Assembly (NCBI GenBank): GCA_000830295.1
Contig: CP010425.1
Location: forward strand, 1,024,001 to 1,088,000
DNA length: 64,000 nt
DNA from: an archaeon GW2011_AR15
GTDB lineage: Archaea > Nanobdellota > Nanobdellia > Woesearchaeales > GW2011-AR15
Direction of reading: 5' to 3'
The position numbers were made by a program, and so were the translations under genes. Below are positions 9,924 to 22,907 of this stretch, in pieces. The notes beneath the pieces are model-generated. The model was not told the DNA's origin and ran no database searches. It saw only the letters and a program-made list of their open reading frames with translations. The stretch's first letter is position 1. Every line of letters starts with the position of its first letter.

Positions 9924-11731
9924 ACAAGATGAGCGAAGTATTTTTAAACGGGAAATTTATAGGGGTTGTCTCTGACGCGAAAAAGCTTACGGATTCATTC
10001 CTTGAAGAGAGGAGAAAAGGCAAAATCCACTACTCAATAAACGTATTGTATGAAGGGGCCCTTGACCAGGTAAACATTGAGTCTTCAAGGGGAAGGGCAA
10101 TAAGGCCTCTTGTAGTTGTAAAGGACGGGAAGCCTATGCTTACAGACAAGCATATTGAGCAGATAGAAAAAGGCGAGCTCATATTCTCAGATCTTGTCAA
10201 GCAGGGAGTTATAGAATACCTTGATGCAATGGAAGAAGAAAGTGCTCTGGTAGCCTTCTTTGAAGGAGAGCTTACGCCTGAGCATACCCATATGGAAATC
10301 CTTCCCCTGGCAATAGTGGGGCTGTGCACAAGCCTTGTTCCATTCGGGAATTTCAACCAGAGCACAAGGCTGAATGCAGGAAGCAAGAACCAGAAACAGG
10401 CTCTTGGATTATATGCTGCAAATTACCTTGTAAGGATGGACATGGATGTCAACATTCTTCATACGCCTCAGCTTCCTATAGTCAAAACAATAATGCACGA
10501 TTCAAGCGAATATGAAAAGCACCCTTCGGGCCAGAACGTTGTCCTTGCAATCTTAAGCTTTGACGGATATAACATGGAAGACGCCATCCTTCTTAATAAG
10601 GCATCTATTGAAAGGGGCCTTGCCAGATCAACATATTACAGGCCTGTGATAAGTGAGGAGCTTAGGTATTCAGGCGGCCTTATAGATGAAATCTCAATCC
10701 CGGACAAGGATGTGAAAGGATACAAGGCAGAGCATGATTACAGGATGCTTGAGGCAGACGGCATAATACACCCCGAGGCTGTTGTGGCTGAAGGCGATGT
10801 TGTTATAGGGAAGACAAGCCCTCCACGATTCCTGAGCAGCCTTGACGAATACAATCTTACAACAAGCTCAAGAAGGGAAAGCTCCATGACACTGAAGCAT
10901 GGAGAAAAAGGGGTTGTTGATTTTATACTGCTGACAGAAAACGTTGAGGGAAACAAGCTGGTGCAGGTAAGAGTAAGGGACCAGAGAATTCCGGAGATAG
11001 GGGATAAATTTACTTCAAGGCACGGACAGAAGGGAGTTGTCGGGCTCATTGTTGATACTCCTGATATGCCGTATTCAGCATCAGGCATAGTCCCGGACAT
11101 TATATTCAATCCGCATGGTATTCCGTCAAGAATGACCATGTCACACCTGATAGAGCTTCTGGGCGGAAAAGCAGGGGCACTTTCCGGAAGATACATTGAT
11201 GGAACATCATTTGAAAGCGAAAACCACGAAGATCTCAGAAAAGAGCTTGCTTCCCTCGGATTCAGGGAAGATGGTACAGAAACATTCTATAATGGAAGAA
11301 CAGGAGAGATGTTCAAGGCACAGATATATGTCGGAAACATGTACTACCTTAAGCTTAAGCACATGGTCGCAAACAAGGTCCATGCAAGGGCAAGAGGGCC
11401 TATACAGCTTCTTACAAGGCAGCCTACAGAAGGGAGGGCAAAGGAAGGAGGCCTGAGGCTGGGAGAAATGGAGAAAGATACATTTGTCTCACATGGGGCA
11501 ACAATGGTCCTTAAGGAGAGATTTGACTCTGATAAGGTCGCAGTCCCTGTCTGCGTAAAGTCAGGGCTTATAGGCTATTATGACAAAAGAAGAGACAGGC
11601 TCGTGTCGCCTATTTTTGGGGAGGGGGCGGACATGGAATATGTCGAGATGAGTTATGCATTCAAATTACTGCTGGATGAGCTCAAGTCGCTCGGAATATA
11701 TCCGAAGCTGATATTGAAGGAGAAGTACTGA
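9920..11731 (+). CDS. rpoB1: RNA polymerase subunit Rpo2C (B')
   Basis: GYNMEDA, GDKFTSRHGQKG, GGLRLGEMEKD. Confidence 0.97.
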   Translation: MNKMSEVFLNGKFIGVVSDAKKLTDSFLEERRKGKIHYSINVLYEGALDQVNIESSRGRAIRPLVVVKDGKPMLTDKHIEQIEKGELIFSDLVKQGVIEYLDAMEEESALVAFFEGELTPEHTHMEILPLAIVGLCTSLVPFGNFNQSTRLNAGSKNQKQALGLYAANYLVRMDMDVNILHTPQLPIVKTIMHDSSEYEKHPSGQNVVLAILSFDGYNMEDAILLNKASIERGLARSTYYRPVISEELRYSGGLIDEISIPDKDVKGYKAEHDYRMLEADGIIHPEAVVAEGDVVIGKTSPPRFLSSLDEYNLTTSSRRESSMTLKHGEKGVVDFILLTENVEGNKLVQVRVRDQRIPEIGDKFTSRHGQKGVVGLIVDTPDMPYSASGIVPDIIFNPHGIPSRMTMSHLIELLGGKAGALSGRYIDGTSFESENHEDLRKELASLGFREDGTETFYNGRTGEMFKAQIYVGNMYYLKLKHMVANKVHARARGPIQLLTRQPTEGRAKEGGLRLGEMEKDTFVSHGATMVLKERFDSDKVAVPVCVKSGLIGYYDKRRDRLVSPIFGEGADMEYVEMSYAFKLLLDELKSLGIYPKLILKEKY

Positions 11732-11740
11732 GGGATCACA

Positions 11741-14320
11741 ATGGAAATACACGTTTCAAGCAAGGTAAAAGCAATCAAATTCGGTGCACTTTCACCGAAG
11801 ATGGTTAAACAGATGTCTGTTGCAAAAATCGTAACACCAGAGCTGTATGACAAAGAGGGCTATCCGGTTGACGGAGGCCTTATGGATATAAGGCTTGGTG
11901 TGATTGACCCGGGACTTGTCTGCAAGACCGACGGCCTTAAGCTGAAGGAAAGCCTTGGGCACTTTGGCTACATTGAGCTGGCAAGGCCTGTAATACATAT
12001 CAAGTTCGCCAAGCTTATACTTGACCTCATGAGATGCACCTGCAAAGAATGCGGAAGAGTGCTTATCCCTGAAGAAGAGATGAAAAAATCAGTTACAAAG
12101 CTTGAGAAAACAAAGAAAATAAGGACGCAAAGGGCAAAGAGGCTGCTTGTTAAAGAGACTATAGTAAGGCTGAGGACAATTCTTAAGTGCCCTCACTGCA
12201 AGGCAAAGCTGAGCAAGATAAAGCTTGAGAAACCAACAACATACTATGAAGATGAAAAGAGACTGAGCCCTATTGAGATAAGGACAAGGCTTGAGAAAAT
12301 CCCTGATGAGGACCTTGAGCTTTTCGGACTTAACCCCAATGTAATGAGGCCTGAATGGTCAGTCCTTACGCTGCTTCCGATCCCGCCTGTAACAATGAGG
12401 CCTTCAATCACCCTGGAATCCGGGGAAAGAAGCGAGGATGACCTGACACACAAACTGGGCGATGTAGTAAGGATTAACCAGAGGCTATTCGAGAATATCA
12501 ACGCAGGAGCTCCCGAGATTATAATTGAGGATCTTTGGGACCTGCTTCAGTATCATATAACAACCTTCTTTGACAACAACGTAGCACAGCTTCCGCCTGC
12601 AAGGCACAGGTCAGGACAGCCGCTTAAGACACTTACAGAGAGAATAAAGAGCAAGGAAGGAAGAATCAGGCACAATCTGGCAGGAAAGAGGACAAACTTT
12701 TCAAGCAGGACAGTCATCAGCCCAGATTCAATGATTGACCTTGATGAAGTCGGCGTGCCAAAAGTAGTTGCAATGAAACTTACAATCCCTGAAAAAGTGA
12801 CAGAATGGAACAAGGAATACCTGAAAGAATATGTAAAAAGAGGCCCATCTGTCTATCCAGGGGCCAATTATGTTGTAAGGCCTGACGGAAAAAAGAAAAA
12901 AATAACAGAAGAAACAAAAGAGCAGCTTCTTGAAGAGCTTGAGATAGGGTTTGAGGTTGAAAGGCACCTTATAGACGGCGATATCGCAATATTCAACAGG
13001 CAGCCTTCACTTCACAGAATGAGCATGATGTCCCATAGGGTCAAGGTAATCCCTGGCCTTACATTCAGGCTTAACCCGGCTGTCTGCGCTCCGTACAACG
13101 CAGATTTTGACGGTGACGAAATGAACCTTCATATCCCTCAGACAGAGGAGGCAAGGGCAGAGGCAGAGATGCTGATGGAGGTAAGGACGCAGCTTATCTC
13201 ACCAAGATACGGGCTTGGAATTATAGCATGCAACCACGATTCAATCGGCGGCAACTACATGCTTACAAAATATCTTAACCTGTCAAGAGAACAGGCAATA
13301 CAGCTTCTTGCCTTAGTAGGGGTAGAAGAGTTTTCATCCCTTCCAAAGAAAGAGACAGTATCAGGAAAAGATGTTTTCAGCGTGCTTATTCCAAAAGACT
13401 TTAACTTTATAGGTAAAGCAAGAGACGGCACAAAAGTTGTAATAGAAAACGGAAAACTGAGAGAAGGGTTCATGGATTCAGCTAATTTGGGAAGCGGAAA
13501 AGGTCTTCTTATAAGAAATCTGCAGAAAAAGTATGGCAGCGAAGAGGCTCTTAAGATACTTGGCTCAATATTCAGGCTGGGAGTTAAGACTCTGCTTATG
13601 CACGGATTTACAGCAGCATTTTCTGATACTGACTTGTCAGAGCAGAGCCAGGCTGAGATAGAGAACATATTAAAGACAGCTGAGCTGAAAGTCGACGAAT
13701 TGATTGATACTTACAAAGAAAACAGGCTTGATGCATTCCCGGGAAGAAGCATTGAAGAGACACTCGAGATAAAGATACTTGAGATACTTAACAAGGCAAG
13801 GAACGACGCAGGAGCTGTTGTTGCAAAATCAATTGACGAGATGAAGAACACTCTTATCATGTCAAAGTCAGGAGCAAGGGGAAACATCATCAACCTTGCG
13901 CAGATGGCAACTGTGGTAGGCCAGCAGGCATTGCGTGGGAAGAGAATTGAAAAAGGATACAACGGCAGGACATTGTCAGCTTTTAAGAAAGGCGACCTGA
14001 GAGCAGGCCCTAAAGGATTCATAAAGAACGGGTTCAGACAGGGGCTTAAGCCTCATGAGTTCTTCTTCATGGCGATGACAGGAAGGGATTCACTGATGGA
14101 CACTGCACTGAGAACACCTAAGTCTGGATATCTTTACAGGAGGCTTGCAAACGCAATGCAGGACCTGAAGGTAGAATATGACTACACAGTAAGGAACTCA
14201 TCAAAGAAAATAGTCCAGTTCAGCTACGGGGAAGACAGTATGGATGTCTCCAAATCAGAAGGCGGAAAGATAAACGTTAACAGGATAGTAGATCAGGTAT
14301 TGGAAGGTGGAAGCAAATGA
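11741..14320 (+). CDS. rpoA1: RNA polymerase subunit Rpo1N (A')
   Basis: Catalytic [27 protein letters not shown]. Confidence 0.98.
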   Translation: MEIHVSSKVKAIKFGALSPKMVKQMSVAKIVTPELYDKEGYPVDGGLMDIRLGVIDPGLVCKTDGLKLKESLGHFGYIELARPVIHIKFAKLILDLMRCTCKECGRVLIPEEEMKKSVTKLEKTKKIRTQRAKRLLVKETIVRLRTILKCPHCKAKLSKIKLEKPTTYYEDEKRLSPIEIRTRLEKIPDEDLELFGLNPNVMRPEWSVLTLLPIPPVTMRPSITLESGERSEDDLTHKLGDVVRINQRLFENINAGAPEIIIEDLWDLLQYHITTFFDNNVAQLPPARHRSGQPLKTLTERIKSKEGRIRHNLAGKRTNFSSRTVISPDSMIDLDEVGVPKVVAMKLTIPEKVTEWNKEYLKEYVKRGPSVYPGANYVVRPDGKKKKITEETKEQLLEELEIGFEVERHLIDGDIAIFNRQPSLHRMSMMSHRVKVIPGLTFRLNPAVCAPYNADFDGDEMNLHIPQTEEARAEAEMLMEVRTQLISPRYGLGIIACNHDSIGGNYMLTKYLNLSREQAIQLLALVGVEEFSSLPKKETVSGKDVFSVLIPKDFNFIGKARDGTKVVIENGKLREGFMDSANLGSGKGLLIRNLQKKYGSEEALKILGSIFRLGVKTLLMHGFTAAFSDTDLSEQSQAEIENILKTAELKVDELIDTYKENRLDAFPGRSIEETLEIKILEILNKARNDAGAVVAKSIDEMKNTLIMSKSGARGNIINLAQMATVVGQQALRGKRIEKGYNGRTLSAFKKGDLRAGPKGFIKNGFRQGLKPHEFFFMAMTGRDSLMDTALRTPKSGYLYRRLANAMQDLKVEYDYTVRNSSKKIVQFSYGEDSMDVSKSEGGKINVNRIVDQVLEGGSK

Positions 14321-15450
14321 AAGAGCTCTTTGACGATTATAAAGACAAGCTGCCAACAGTAGTGCTGGAAGAGATAGAGGCACTTGCAGAATCAAGAAAC
14401 CTCAACAAGACACAGGTTAAGAAAGTCATTGAGCTGGCATATGAAGAGTACAGGAATTCAATGATAGAGCCTGGAGAATCTGTCGGCCTCATAAGCGCCC
14501 AGTCAGTAGGGGAGCCGGGAACACAGATGACACTGAACACATTCCACTTTGCAGGAGTAGCTGAGTTCAACGTTACAGTCGGCCTTCCGAGAATAATTGA
14601 GATACTTGACGGCAGGAAGAACATCTCAACTCCGATGATGGAAATCTACCTAGTTGAGCCATATTCAAAGGGAAAGGACATAAAGACAATAGCAGAGTCA
14701 ATCAAGCAGACTCAGTTCAAGGATATTGTGAAGGAGATAAATCTGGATATTACAGAGGCAACTCTTGAAATCAAAATAGACTTTGAAAAAATGAAAAGGC
14801 TTGGTCTGAATGAAGCTAAACTGGGAAAAGTTCTTGAAAAATCCCTGAAAGGGTTTACACTGAAGCTGAAAGATGATACACTTACCCTGAAATCAAAAGG
14901 CAAGCAGGATAATATAGCAGAACTATACAAATTAAAGGAGAAAATCAAGAGCGTCTATGTCTCAGGCATAAAGGGCATACTTCAGGTATTGCCTGTCAAG
15001 AGGGAAGACGAATTCGTGATTGTTACAGCAGGAAGCAACCTGAAGGATGTCATGAAACTTGAGTATGTGGATAAGACAAGAACAACAACAAACGACATCT
15101 TCGAAATACAGGCGCTTTTCGGCATTGAAGCAGCAAGGCAGGCTGTAATCAATGAAGTCTACAATGTTATAGAAAATCAGGGCCTGAATGTAGATATAAG
15201 GCACATCATGCTTATAGCTGACGTGATGTCATTCTCAGGAAAGGTAAGGGGGATAACAAGGTATGGAGTTGTCTCTGACAAATCCTCAGTGCTTGCAAGG
15301 GCGTCATTCGAGACACCTATAAAGCATATGGTTGAGGCAGCCCTGACAGGGGAGGTTGACCCCCTGACAAGCGTTGTTGAGAACGTCATGATAAACCAGG
15401 CAATCCCCGTAGGAACAGGGTTGCCTGAGCTAATATCAAAAGTGAAGTAA
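14317..15450 (+). CDS. rpoA2: RNA polymerase subunit Rpo1C (A'')
   Basis: [30 protein letters not shown]. Confidence 0.98.
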   Translation: MKELFDDYKDKLPTVVLEEIEALAESRNLNKTQVKKVIELAYEEYRNSMIEPGESVGLISAQSVGEPGTQMTLNTFHFAGVAEFNVTVGLPRIIEILDGRKNISTPMMEIYLVEPYSKGKDIKTIAESIKQTQFKDIVKEINLDITEATLEIKIDFEKMKRLGLNEAKLGKVLEKSLKGFTLKLKDDTLTLKSKGKQDNIAELYKLKEKIKSVYVSGIKGILQVLPVKREDEFVIVTAGSNLKDVMKLEYVDKTRTTTNDIFEIQALFGIEAARQAVINEVYNVIENQGLNVDIRHIMLIADVMSFSGKVRGITRYGVVSDKSSVLARASFETPIKHMVEAALTGEVDPLTSVVENVMINQAIPVGTGLPELISKVK

Positions 15451-15451
15451 G

Positions 15452-15748
15452 ATGAAATACAAAACAAAAAGCGCAATAATTGGAAGGGCAGGAAAAAGGG
15501 ATGAAGACGGAAACGGCCCTGTTTTCATTCACCTCTTCAACCAGAACGATCCGCACAAGACCGCTGCAGTCCCTGAAAAGTTTGTTGACGACCACACAAA
15601 AATACATAAGATTATCTTCAGGGGACTTGACCTGAGCTTTTTGCTTGCAGGCTCTGATATCCTGATAAATAACCTTGAATATCTTGAGGTCATGGAAGAC
15701 CCTAAGAGCAGGGGAAATCTTATAATTACAGGAAAGCAGAAGAAATAA
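15452..15748 (+). CDS. Hypothetical protein co-oriented with the rpo operon
   Basis: 98 aa, starts 1 nt after the rpoA2 stop; does not resemble L30e or NusA. Confidence 0.65.
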   Translation: MKYKTKSAIIGRAGKRDEDGNGPVFIHLFNQNDPHKTAAVPEKFVDDHTKIHKIIFRGLDLSFLLAGSDILINNLEYLEVMEDPKSRGNLIITGKQKK

Positions 15749-15939
15749 CTGTATAGCTTGCTGGTTCTGGGAATAGAAATAATGGATGGGAAAGACGTTA
15801 AAGAAGAGAATCCATTTAAGTCTGCTGAATCAAATACAGATGATATTGTATCTGGGTTAGATTTTAAAAATTGATTATATACTCTCTCAAATTTTTATGA
15901 TTATAGCTCCCGCTATCTCAAATTGACTATGAAATTAAA

Positions 15940-15955
15940 ATAAAGAAAAAAAAAA
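15940..15955 (-). terminator. Oligo-U archaeal terminator of the rRNA operon
   Basis: A10 tract on + strand (U10 in transcript) directly after the 23S stem. Confidence 0.6.
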
Positions 15956-18883
15956 GATGAAACCGTGCATAGAGTAAGTAATGAGCTTTTAGTGACCGCA
16001 TGCTGAACGCCTCGTGACCTTGGCGTGTACACACCGGTTCTATTAAACCTGTCTTTTACAGGAGCTCTATGATATCTCTTTTCGAGGCGGGCTTCAAGCT
16101 TAGATGCTTTCAGCTCTTATCCCTTAGCGCGTAGCTGCCCGGCCTGCCTTATCAGACAACCGGTTGACCAGAGGCGCCGAACCTTTGTTCCTCTCGTACT
16201 AAAAGATCCTTCCTCTCAGATATCAAACAATTCCAGTAGATATTAAACAAACTGTCTCACAACGTTCTGAACCCAGCTCACGATCCCTTTTAATGGGTGA
16301 ACACCCCCACCCTTGGCTGCTTCTGCACAGCCAGGATAGGAAGAGCCGACATCGATGTAGCAAGCCCCGCCGTCGATATGAGCTCTTAGGCGGGACAACT
16401 CTGTTATCCCCGGAGTAACTTTTTTGTCATTCCTGACCCCCATCAAGGAGGTTCAAGAGTTCGCTAGACCACACTTTCGTGGTTGGATTTCGTAGATTGG
16501 GAAATCCAATCAGGCTGGCTTTTGCACTTGCACTCTACACCGGATTTCTGACCCAGTTGAGCCAACCATAGGGCCCTGTTGATATCTTTTCAACAGGGTG
16601 CCACCCCAGCCAAACTGTCCACCAATTGCTGTCCTCTTTCAAGTAAGCAGCGTAAGTTCTGGAGGATGGTATTTCAACGGCGTCTACACGCAATCTAGCG
16701 ATCACGCTTTAGCAACTCCCATCTATTCTACACACCAAAACTCACGTCACAACAACAGGCTACAGTAAAGTTTCGCGGGGTCTTCACTTCCCACTGGAAT
16801 ACTCTGGCCTTTGCACCAGACAGAGTGTTCGGAGGATGCTAATTGGGGACAGCGGAGATCTCGTTGCACCACTCATGCGGGCCGTCAATTAAACGGCAAG
16901 GCATTTCGCTACCTTAAGAGAGTTATAGTTACTCCCGCCGTTTGCCAGATCTTAGCTCCCTTGAAAGAGAGTTTGAATTACTGGTACTGGGCAGGTGTCA
17001 CGTTCTATTCACATCTTTTCAGACTTGCAGAACGTTAAGTTTTTGTTAAACAGTCGGACCTCCCTTGTCATTGCACCCTGCAATCGCCTTCAAAAGAAGA
17101 CCACCGCAGGGACCCCTTAAACCGAAGCTACGGGGCTAGGTTGCCGAATTCCCTCAATTACCTTAATCCTTCACACCTTAGGCTTCTCACCTAGGGGCAC
17201 CTGTGCTGGTTCTTGGTACGGATATCTAAAGTTTTTCTTTTTTCCCTTTTCACGGTCTCCAGGCATGAACCAAATACCCCATACGGGATACCATTCTAAC
17301 CTTAATCAGGTTCTCATCATTACGATACTCCTCTGATTTTCTGTTATTAGCAGATAAGATGATATCTGTTGATCTAGCCGGAAGAGTCGGGAATAAAGCT
17401 TGCGTTGCCGCACATAAATAGACAATACAGGATTATTAACCTGTTTCCCTTTCCCATTACTCCTATTAGGAGATTGGTTAGGACCGATTACCCCTTGACT
17501 GATTTGCATTGTCAAGGAACCCTTGCCCTTTCGGTGGCACTGATTCTCACAGTGCTCAGTTCCTACTACCGCCAGGATTCTCTATTCAAGTCAGTCCACA
17601 AATCCTTCAGGAAATGCTTCTGCCTGACCAGAATGCCTGCCTACCACTGCCTTTTCAGGCGTCCACAGTATCGGTGACCGATTTAGCCCCGTCCATTTTC
17701 AAGGCCATCAACCTTGACAAGTAAGCTGTTACGCACTTATTATAGGGTGGCTGCTTCTAAGCCAACCTCCTTGCTGTCTTAGGCTGAAGACACCCTTCAC
17801 CCTTTAGCACTTAATCGGCACTTAAGGACCTTAACTGTAGTTTGGGTTGTTCCCCTCTCGGTAATCAAGTTTACCCCAAGATTACCCGTTTCCTGACGTC
17901 TACGATGCAATAAAATTCGGAGTTGGACAAAGAACCGAGTCCTTTCGGGCCCTAAATTCTAAATCCGTTTCTCTACCTTCATTGCAATCTCGGTCAAGGC
18001 TTGACTACGGCCAATTTTGGCAGGAACCTGCTATCACCGGGTTCGATTGGCTTTTCACCCCTAGCCCAAGATCAGAGGAACGCTTGTTCACAGAACCCCT
18101 TCAGGCCTCCACCCCTTTTTACGGGGGCTTCACCTTGTCCTGGGTTAGATCACCCGGTTTCAGATCGTGCCCATATGACTTAAAGGCATTATTTATACCT
18201 TTCGCCTTGCAGGCTGCGCGATTTTGCTTTCGCTGCGGGTCCTTCCTTTTAAGAATTGCCCTTGCCATATTGACACACTCCCTGGCTCGTTATTCGAAAC
18301 GAACGATACAACTCCGTAGAGCCGTATCTCACTATCACTGTTAGGTTTCAGGTACTTTTAACCCCCTGTTATGGGTACTTTTCAACTTTCCCTCGCGGTA
18401 CTCGTACGCTATCGGACTCATATTGTATTTAAGGTTGGGAGTTGATGCCTCCCGGATTCTCAGCTAATTTCCAATAGCTGATACTCTGGATACTGCTAAA
18501 ATCCCCTTTCATTTCCCCTACGGGACTATCACCCTCTGCGGTCCAACTTTCCAGAAGTATTTGGGTCACAAAAAAGGATAAAAAGCAGTCCGAACACGTC
18601 ATCTACTTTACATTACTGCAAAGTATCAGTTTGCCTTGTGCTGCTTTCACTCGCCGTTACTTACAGCATCTCGTTTGATTTCTTTTCCTGCAGGTACTAA
18701 GACGCTTCAATTCCCTGCGTCTCGCTATCCTTACGGATCTATAGTGAAGTCACATTCAGGAACCCCAGGATCAGAGGCTGCATGCGCCTACCCTGGGCAT
18801 TTCGTAGCTTGCCACGCCCTTCATCACCACTATGAGCCTAGTCATCCACCTAACAGCTCGAACACTCTATGCACGGTTTCATC
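15956..18883. repeat. 20-bp perfect inverted repeat closing the pre-23S processing stem (15956-15975 / 18864-18883)
   Basis: GATGAAACCGTGCATAGAGT versus ACTCTATGCACGGTTTCATC. Confidence 0.9.
15976..18863 (-). rRNA. rrl: 23S rRNA (ends approximate)
   Basis: Reverse complement has sarcin-ricin loop AGTACGAGAGGAAC, PTC GGATAACAG and GAGCTGGGTTCAGAACG; flanked by a 20-bp inverted repeat. Confidence 0.97.
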
Positions 18884-19070
18884 AATAATCATGAAGTCGA
18901 TGATTATCTAATCCTTTAGATCAGCATGTTGAAACACTGCTCATCCATTTCACTAATGATAAAGTGAACTTGAATTTTAGTGAGGGATTCCCTCACACTC
19001 CCTTATAGGAGTGCGTGAGAACCATTGGTTCTCACCAAGTTATTATGTATGATTTGTTTATTACAATAAA

Positions 19071-19193
19071 TGGACTCGTCGGGACTTTCATTGTAACCCA
19101 GCTGGACTGGGCTAATTTTGAACCCGAGGCCTCCGCCTCTCTTTCTCCAGAGAGATGCAAGGGCGGCGCTCTAGCCAACTGAGCTACGAGCCC
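19071..19193 (-). tRNA. tRNA-Ala(UGC) in the 16S-23S spacer with two introns (37/38: 19139-19155; 59/60: 19085-19116)
   Basis: GGGCTCG/CGAGTCC acceptor with G3.U70, CCGCC/GGCGG anticodon stem, TGC; T-loop split TTCAAA|32 nt|T. Confidence 0.9.
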
Positions 19194-19331
19194 ATTGATT
19201 TTGATTTGTGACGGCCATGATATCTCTTCATGACCTTTGTGATTATGAAAAGGCATCTGTTTTCAGTTTTCAGCATTCTCTTTTTCCTATTCTTGGGCAG
19301 GGCCCTTTTCAGGAAATGTATGAAATAAAAA

Positions 19332-20800
<1,469 letters not shown>

Positions 20801-21054
20801 TGATTGGACAATTGTTTTTTGAAAGCCGCAATTGTCCTTTTAGATCCTTTTTATTGTGCACGGTCGTATGTTTTCGCTTTGTTAATTGTAGTAATTAACG
20901 AGAGTTTGCTTATTTTGTAAGCAGATGCCTTTTTCATACAAGATTGATGAATCTTGTACACATATTCTGTGAACAGAAACTAGCTGATAATTTGTGAATT
21001 ATTTGGAGGTGATTGCTAGCAATCAATGAAATTTTAGGTCGTATATAAACATTA

Positions 21055-21156
21055 TTATTTCTGAGCTCTCTTACGTCTCTCTTTCTTCATCCTCTTGCGC
21101 TGCCATTTCCAGCGCATTTGGCGCTTTTTCTTCCATCTCCTAGAGCTTCTTTTCAT
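21055..21156 (-). CDS. rpl41e: Ribosomal protein L41e (eL41/eS32), 33 aa; not in ORF track
   Basis: Manual translation MKRSSRRWKKKRQMRWKWQRKRMKKERRKRAQK, matching archaeal L41e MRWKWxKKR. Confidence 0.85.
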   Translation of the reverse strand: MKRSSRRWKKKRQMRWKWQRKRMKKERRKRAQK

Positions 21157-21219
21157 TTATATACCTCTCTGAGGAAAAACCTGGTGTTTTTAAAGCTTTT
21201 GTATTTAGAAAACAGGAAG

Positions 21220-22557
21220 CTAGAAATAAATCATGGATTTGTCTGCCATCTTTTTTGTTATAATAATGTCTTTAAAAATTGATTCTGAAGTCTTTACTGC
21301 AAATTCCCTTGCAGTTTTTTCCTCTATTTCACTGAAATTAGTATATCCCTGCCTCTTTTTTACAAAATTTATTATTTCATCTGATTTTGTCTCTTTCCTG
21401 TAGAGCATCTCCATGAAATTCTTTATCGGAGCTCTCATCTCAATGGTCGTTATCTTTTTAACCAGGCTAAGGAGGGATTTGCAGTATCTGTACACCTTTT
21501 CTGATTCAAAACCATAAAATGCTGATTCTTTTTCAAGCAGCTTCAAAGTTGCCATATCAGGAACATAAAGCTCATTATCCTCAAGTTTGAAAGGCTCATG
21601 ACTGCCTGCTTCTCCCGGAACAACCCTTACTTTGTTATTCTGGACAAATTTTGACAGTGAATTCAGCACGCTGGTCATGGCAACGACATTGTTCAGCGTA
21701 TTCATATCTGAGCCTCTTGATTCGATAGTTGCATGGCTTGTTATTTTTACCGGCTTCCATGATGAATCCAGGAGCGAAAATTCTTTTTTTGCAAAATCCT
21801 GCCTTGTAAGGTTATGGATTTTAAGGAGTGAAGACCACTTTCTTGACAATTCCAGTGTGCTCTCGGAAACTGCTTTAAAAGTCGGTTTATAGCTATTTAG
21901 CATTCCAAACTCAGGGTATCGGGAATATAAGGAGTTCTCATAACCAAACTCTGAATCCCCCCTGTAGGCTATTACCCTGCCATCTTTCCCTTCAAGCCGG
22001 GATTCATAATATGGGCTTGACTGCATAAATGTCGTAATTGCCGGGTCAAGTGCAACATAAAGGTTGTAAAGATTCAGAATCTTCTGCTGCTGGATCTCTT
22101 TCAGGTCAATGTAGAAATATTTTGTAATCAGGTTGAAGGATTTTCTCGGGAGCGAATAGTGGTAATGGAAGCCAATGCATTTTCTTGCATTTTCAAATTC
22201 TTTTTTTCCGAGTATTCTCTCTTTTGCAAAATATCTCCTGTCTTCAGTTATTCTTGTTGTGTTCTTCCCGGGATAGCTTCCATAATAGTATATCCCAAGC
22301 TCGTTGTTTTCCAGTTCATAGACCAATGACTCAAAATCACGAAAAAAATTACCGAATATTTCCCTGGAGGACATATGCGGAAAACTTGCAACTTCAAGCA
22401 TTGATTGCCCGCATTCTTTTTTTAACTCAATTTCCTTGAGCTGCCTTTTTGAATCTCTTAATATTGCTGCTGCCTTGTTTGCTATTTTCCCTTCGTGGTT
22501 CAGGAGGAAGAACTCAAGCTCCATCCCAAACAACTTTGATATGCTGAACTCCATCAT
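21220..22557 (-). CDS. Glutamate-cysteine ligase (GCS2/YbdK-like) family carboxylate-amine ligase
   Basis: FGMELEFFL, KKEC..SMLE, GFHYH, QSSPYY, TIESR motifs. Confidence 0.75.
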   Translation of the reverse strand: MMEFSISKLFGMELEFFLLNHEGKIANKAAAILRDSKRQLKEIELKKECGQSMLEVASFPHMSSREIFGNFFRDFESLVYELENNELGIYYYGSYPGKNTTRITEDRRYFAKERILGKKEFENARKCIGFHYHYSLPRKSFNLITKYFYIDLKEIQQQKILNLYNLYVALDPAITTFMQSSPYYESRLEGKDGRVIAYRGDSEFGYENSLYSRYPEFGMLNSYKPTFKAVSESTLELSRKWSSLLKIHNLTRQDFAKKEFSLLDSSWKPVKITSHATIESRGSDMNTLNNVVAMTSVLNSLSKFVQNNKVRVVPGEAGSHEPFKLEDNELYVPDMATLKLLEKESAFYGFESEKVYRYCKSLLSLVKKITTIEMRAPIKNFMEMLYRKETKSDEIINFVKKRQGYTNFSEIEEKTAREFAVKTSESIFKDIIITKKMADKSMIYF

Positions 22558-22572
22558 TCTTAAAAATAAATA

Positions 22573-22624
22573 TGCCTCGGCCGATATCCTCATTGCTCAT
22601 TCGGAAACCTGCCAGGCAATAAAC
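22573..22624 (-). repeat. 52-bp element downstream of tRNA-Glu(CUC), identical to 54717-54768 and ending in a duplicated tRNA 3' end
   Basis: tgcctcggccgatatcctcattgctcattcggaaacctgccaggcaataaac at both loci. Confidence 0.9.
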
Positions 22625-22715
22625 TGCCTCGGCCGGGATTCGAACCCGGGTCAAAGCCTTTCTCCAATTGGATTGCGAGAGGGCTTTATGATTGGCCGGA
22701 CTACACTACCGAGGC
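22625..22715 (-). tRNA. tRNA-Glu(CUC) with 16-nt intron (22660-22675)
   Basis: GCCTCGG/CCGAGGC acceptor, AAGCC/GGCTT stem, CTC anticodon. Confidence 0.92.
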
Positions 22716-22724
22716 TTGTTTGAG

Positions 22725-22811
22725 TGGGTCCAGGGGGATTCGAACCCCCGACATCTCGCTTTCTTCCAAAGTTAAGAGGCGAGCGCTCTGACCAGGCTGA
22801 GCTATGAACCC
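22725..22811 (-). tRNA. tRNA-Lys(CUU) with 12-nt intron (22761-22772)
   Basis: GGGTTCA/TGGACCC acceptor, CTCGC/GCGAG stem, CTT anticodon. Confidence 0.92.
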
Positions 22812-22907
22812 GTGAAAAGAGCAAAATTTCAGGGGATTTAAAAATGTTTAGGAAATCTGGAATCCCAAACAGTAAAGCTTTTAACGAAATTCAAAATCAG
22901 ATTAGGC

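Noticed and set aside
15782-15874. 30-codon ORF MDGKDVKEENPF...
   Set aside because: Too short, with no motif or clear SD; possibly a remnant
18885-19070. Hairpins in the tRNA-Ala-23S spacer (GTGAGG/CCTCAC, CACTCC/GGAGTG)
   Set aside because: Ordinary internal transcribed spacer structure; no 5S or tRNA signature
22573-22640. CRISPR mini-array interpretation of the repeat-spacer-repeat next to tRNA-Glu
   Set aside because: The repeat is only 11-15 bp and equals the tRNA 3' end, the spacer is identical at both loci, and there are no cas genes
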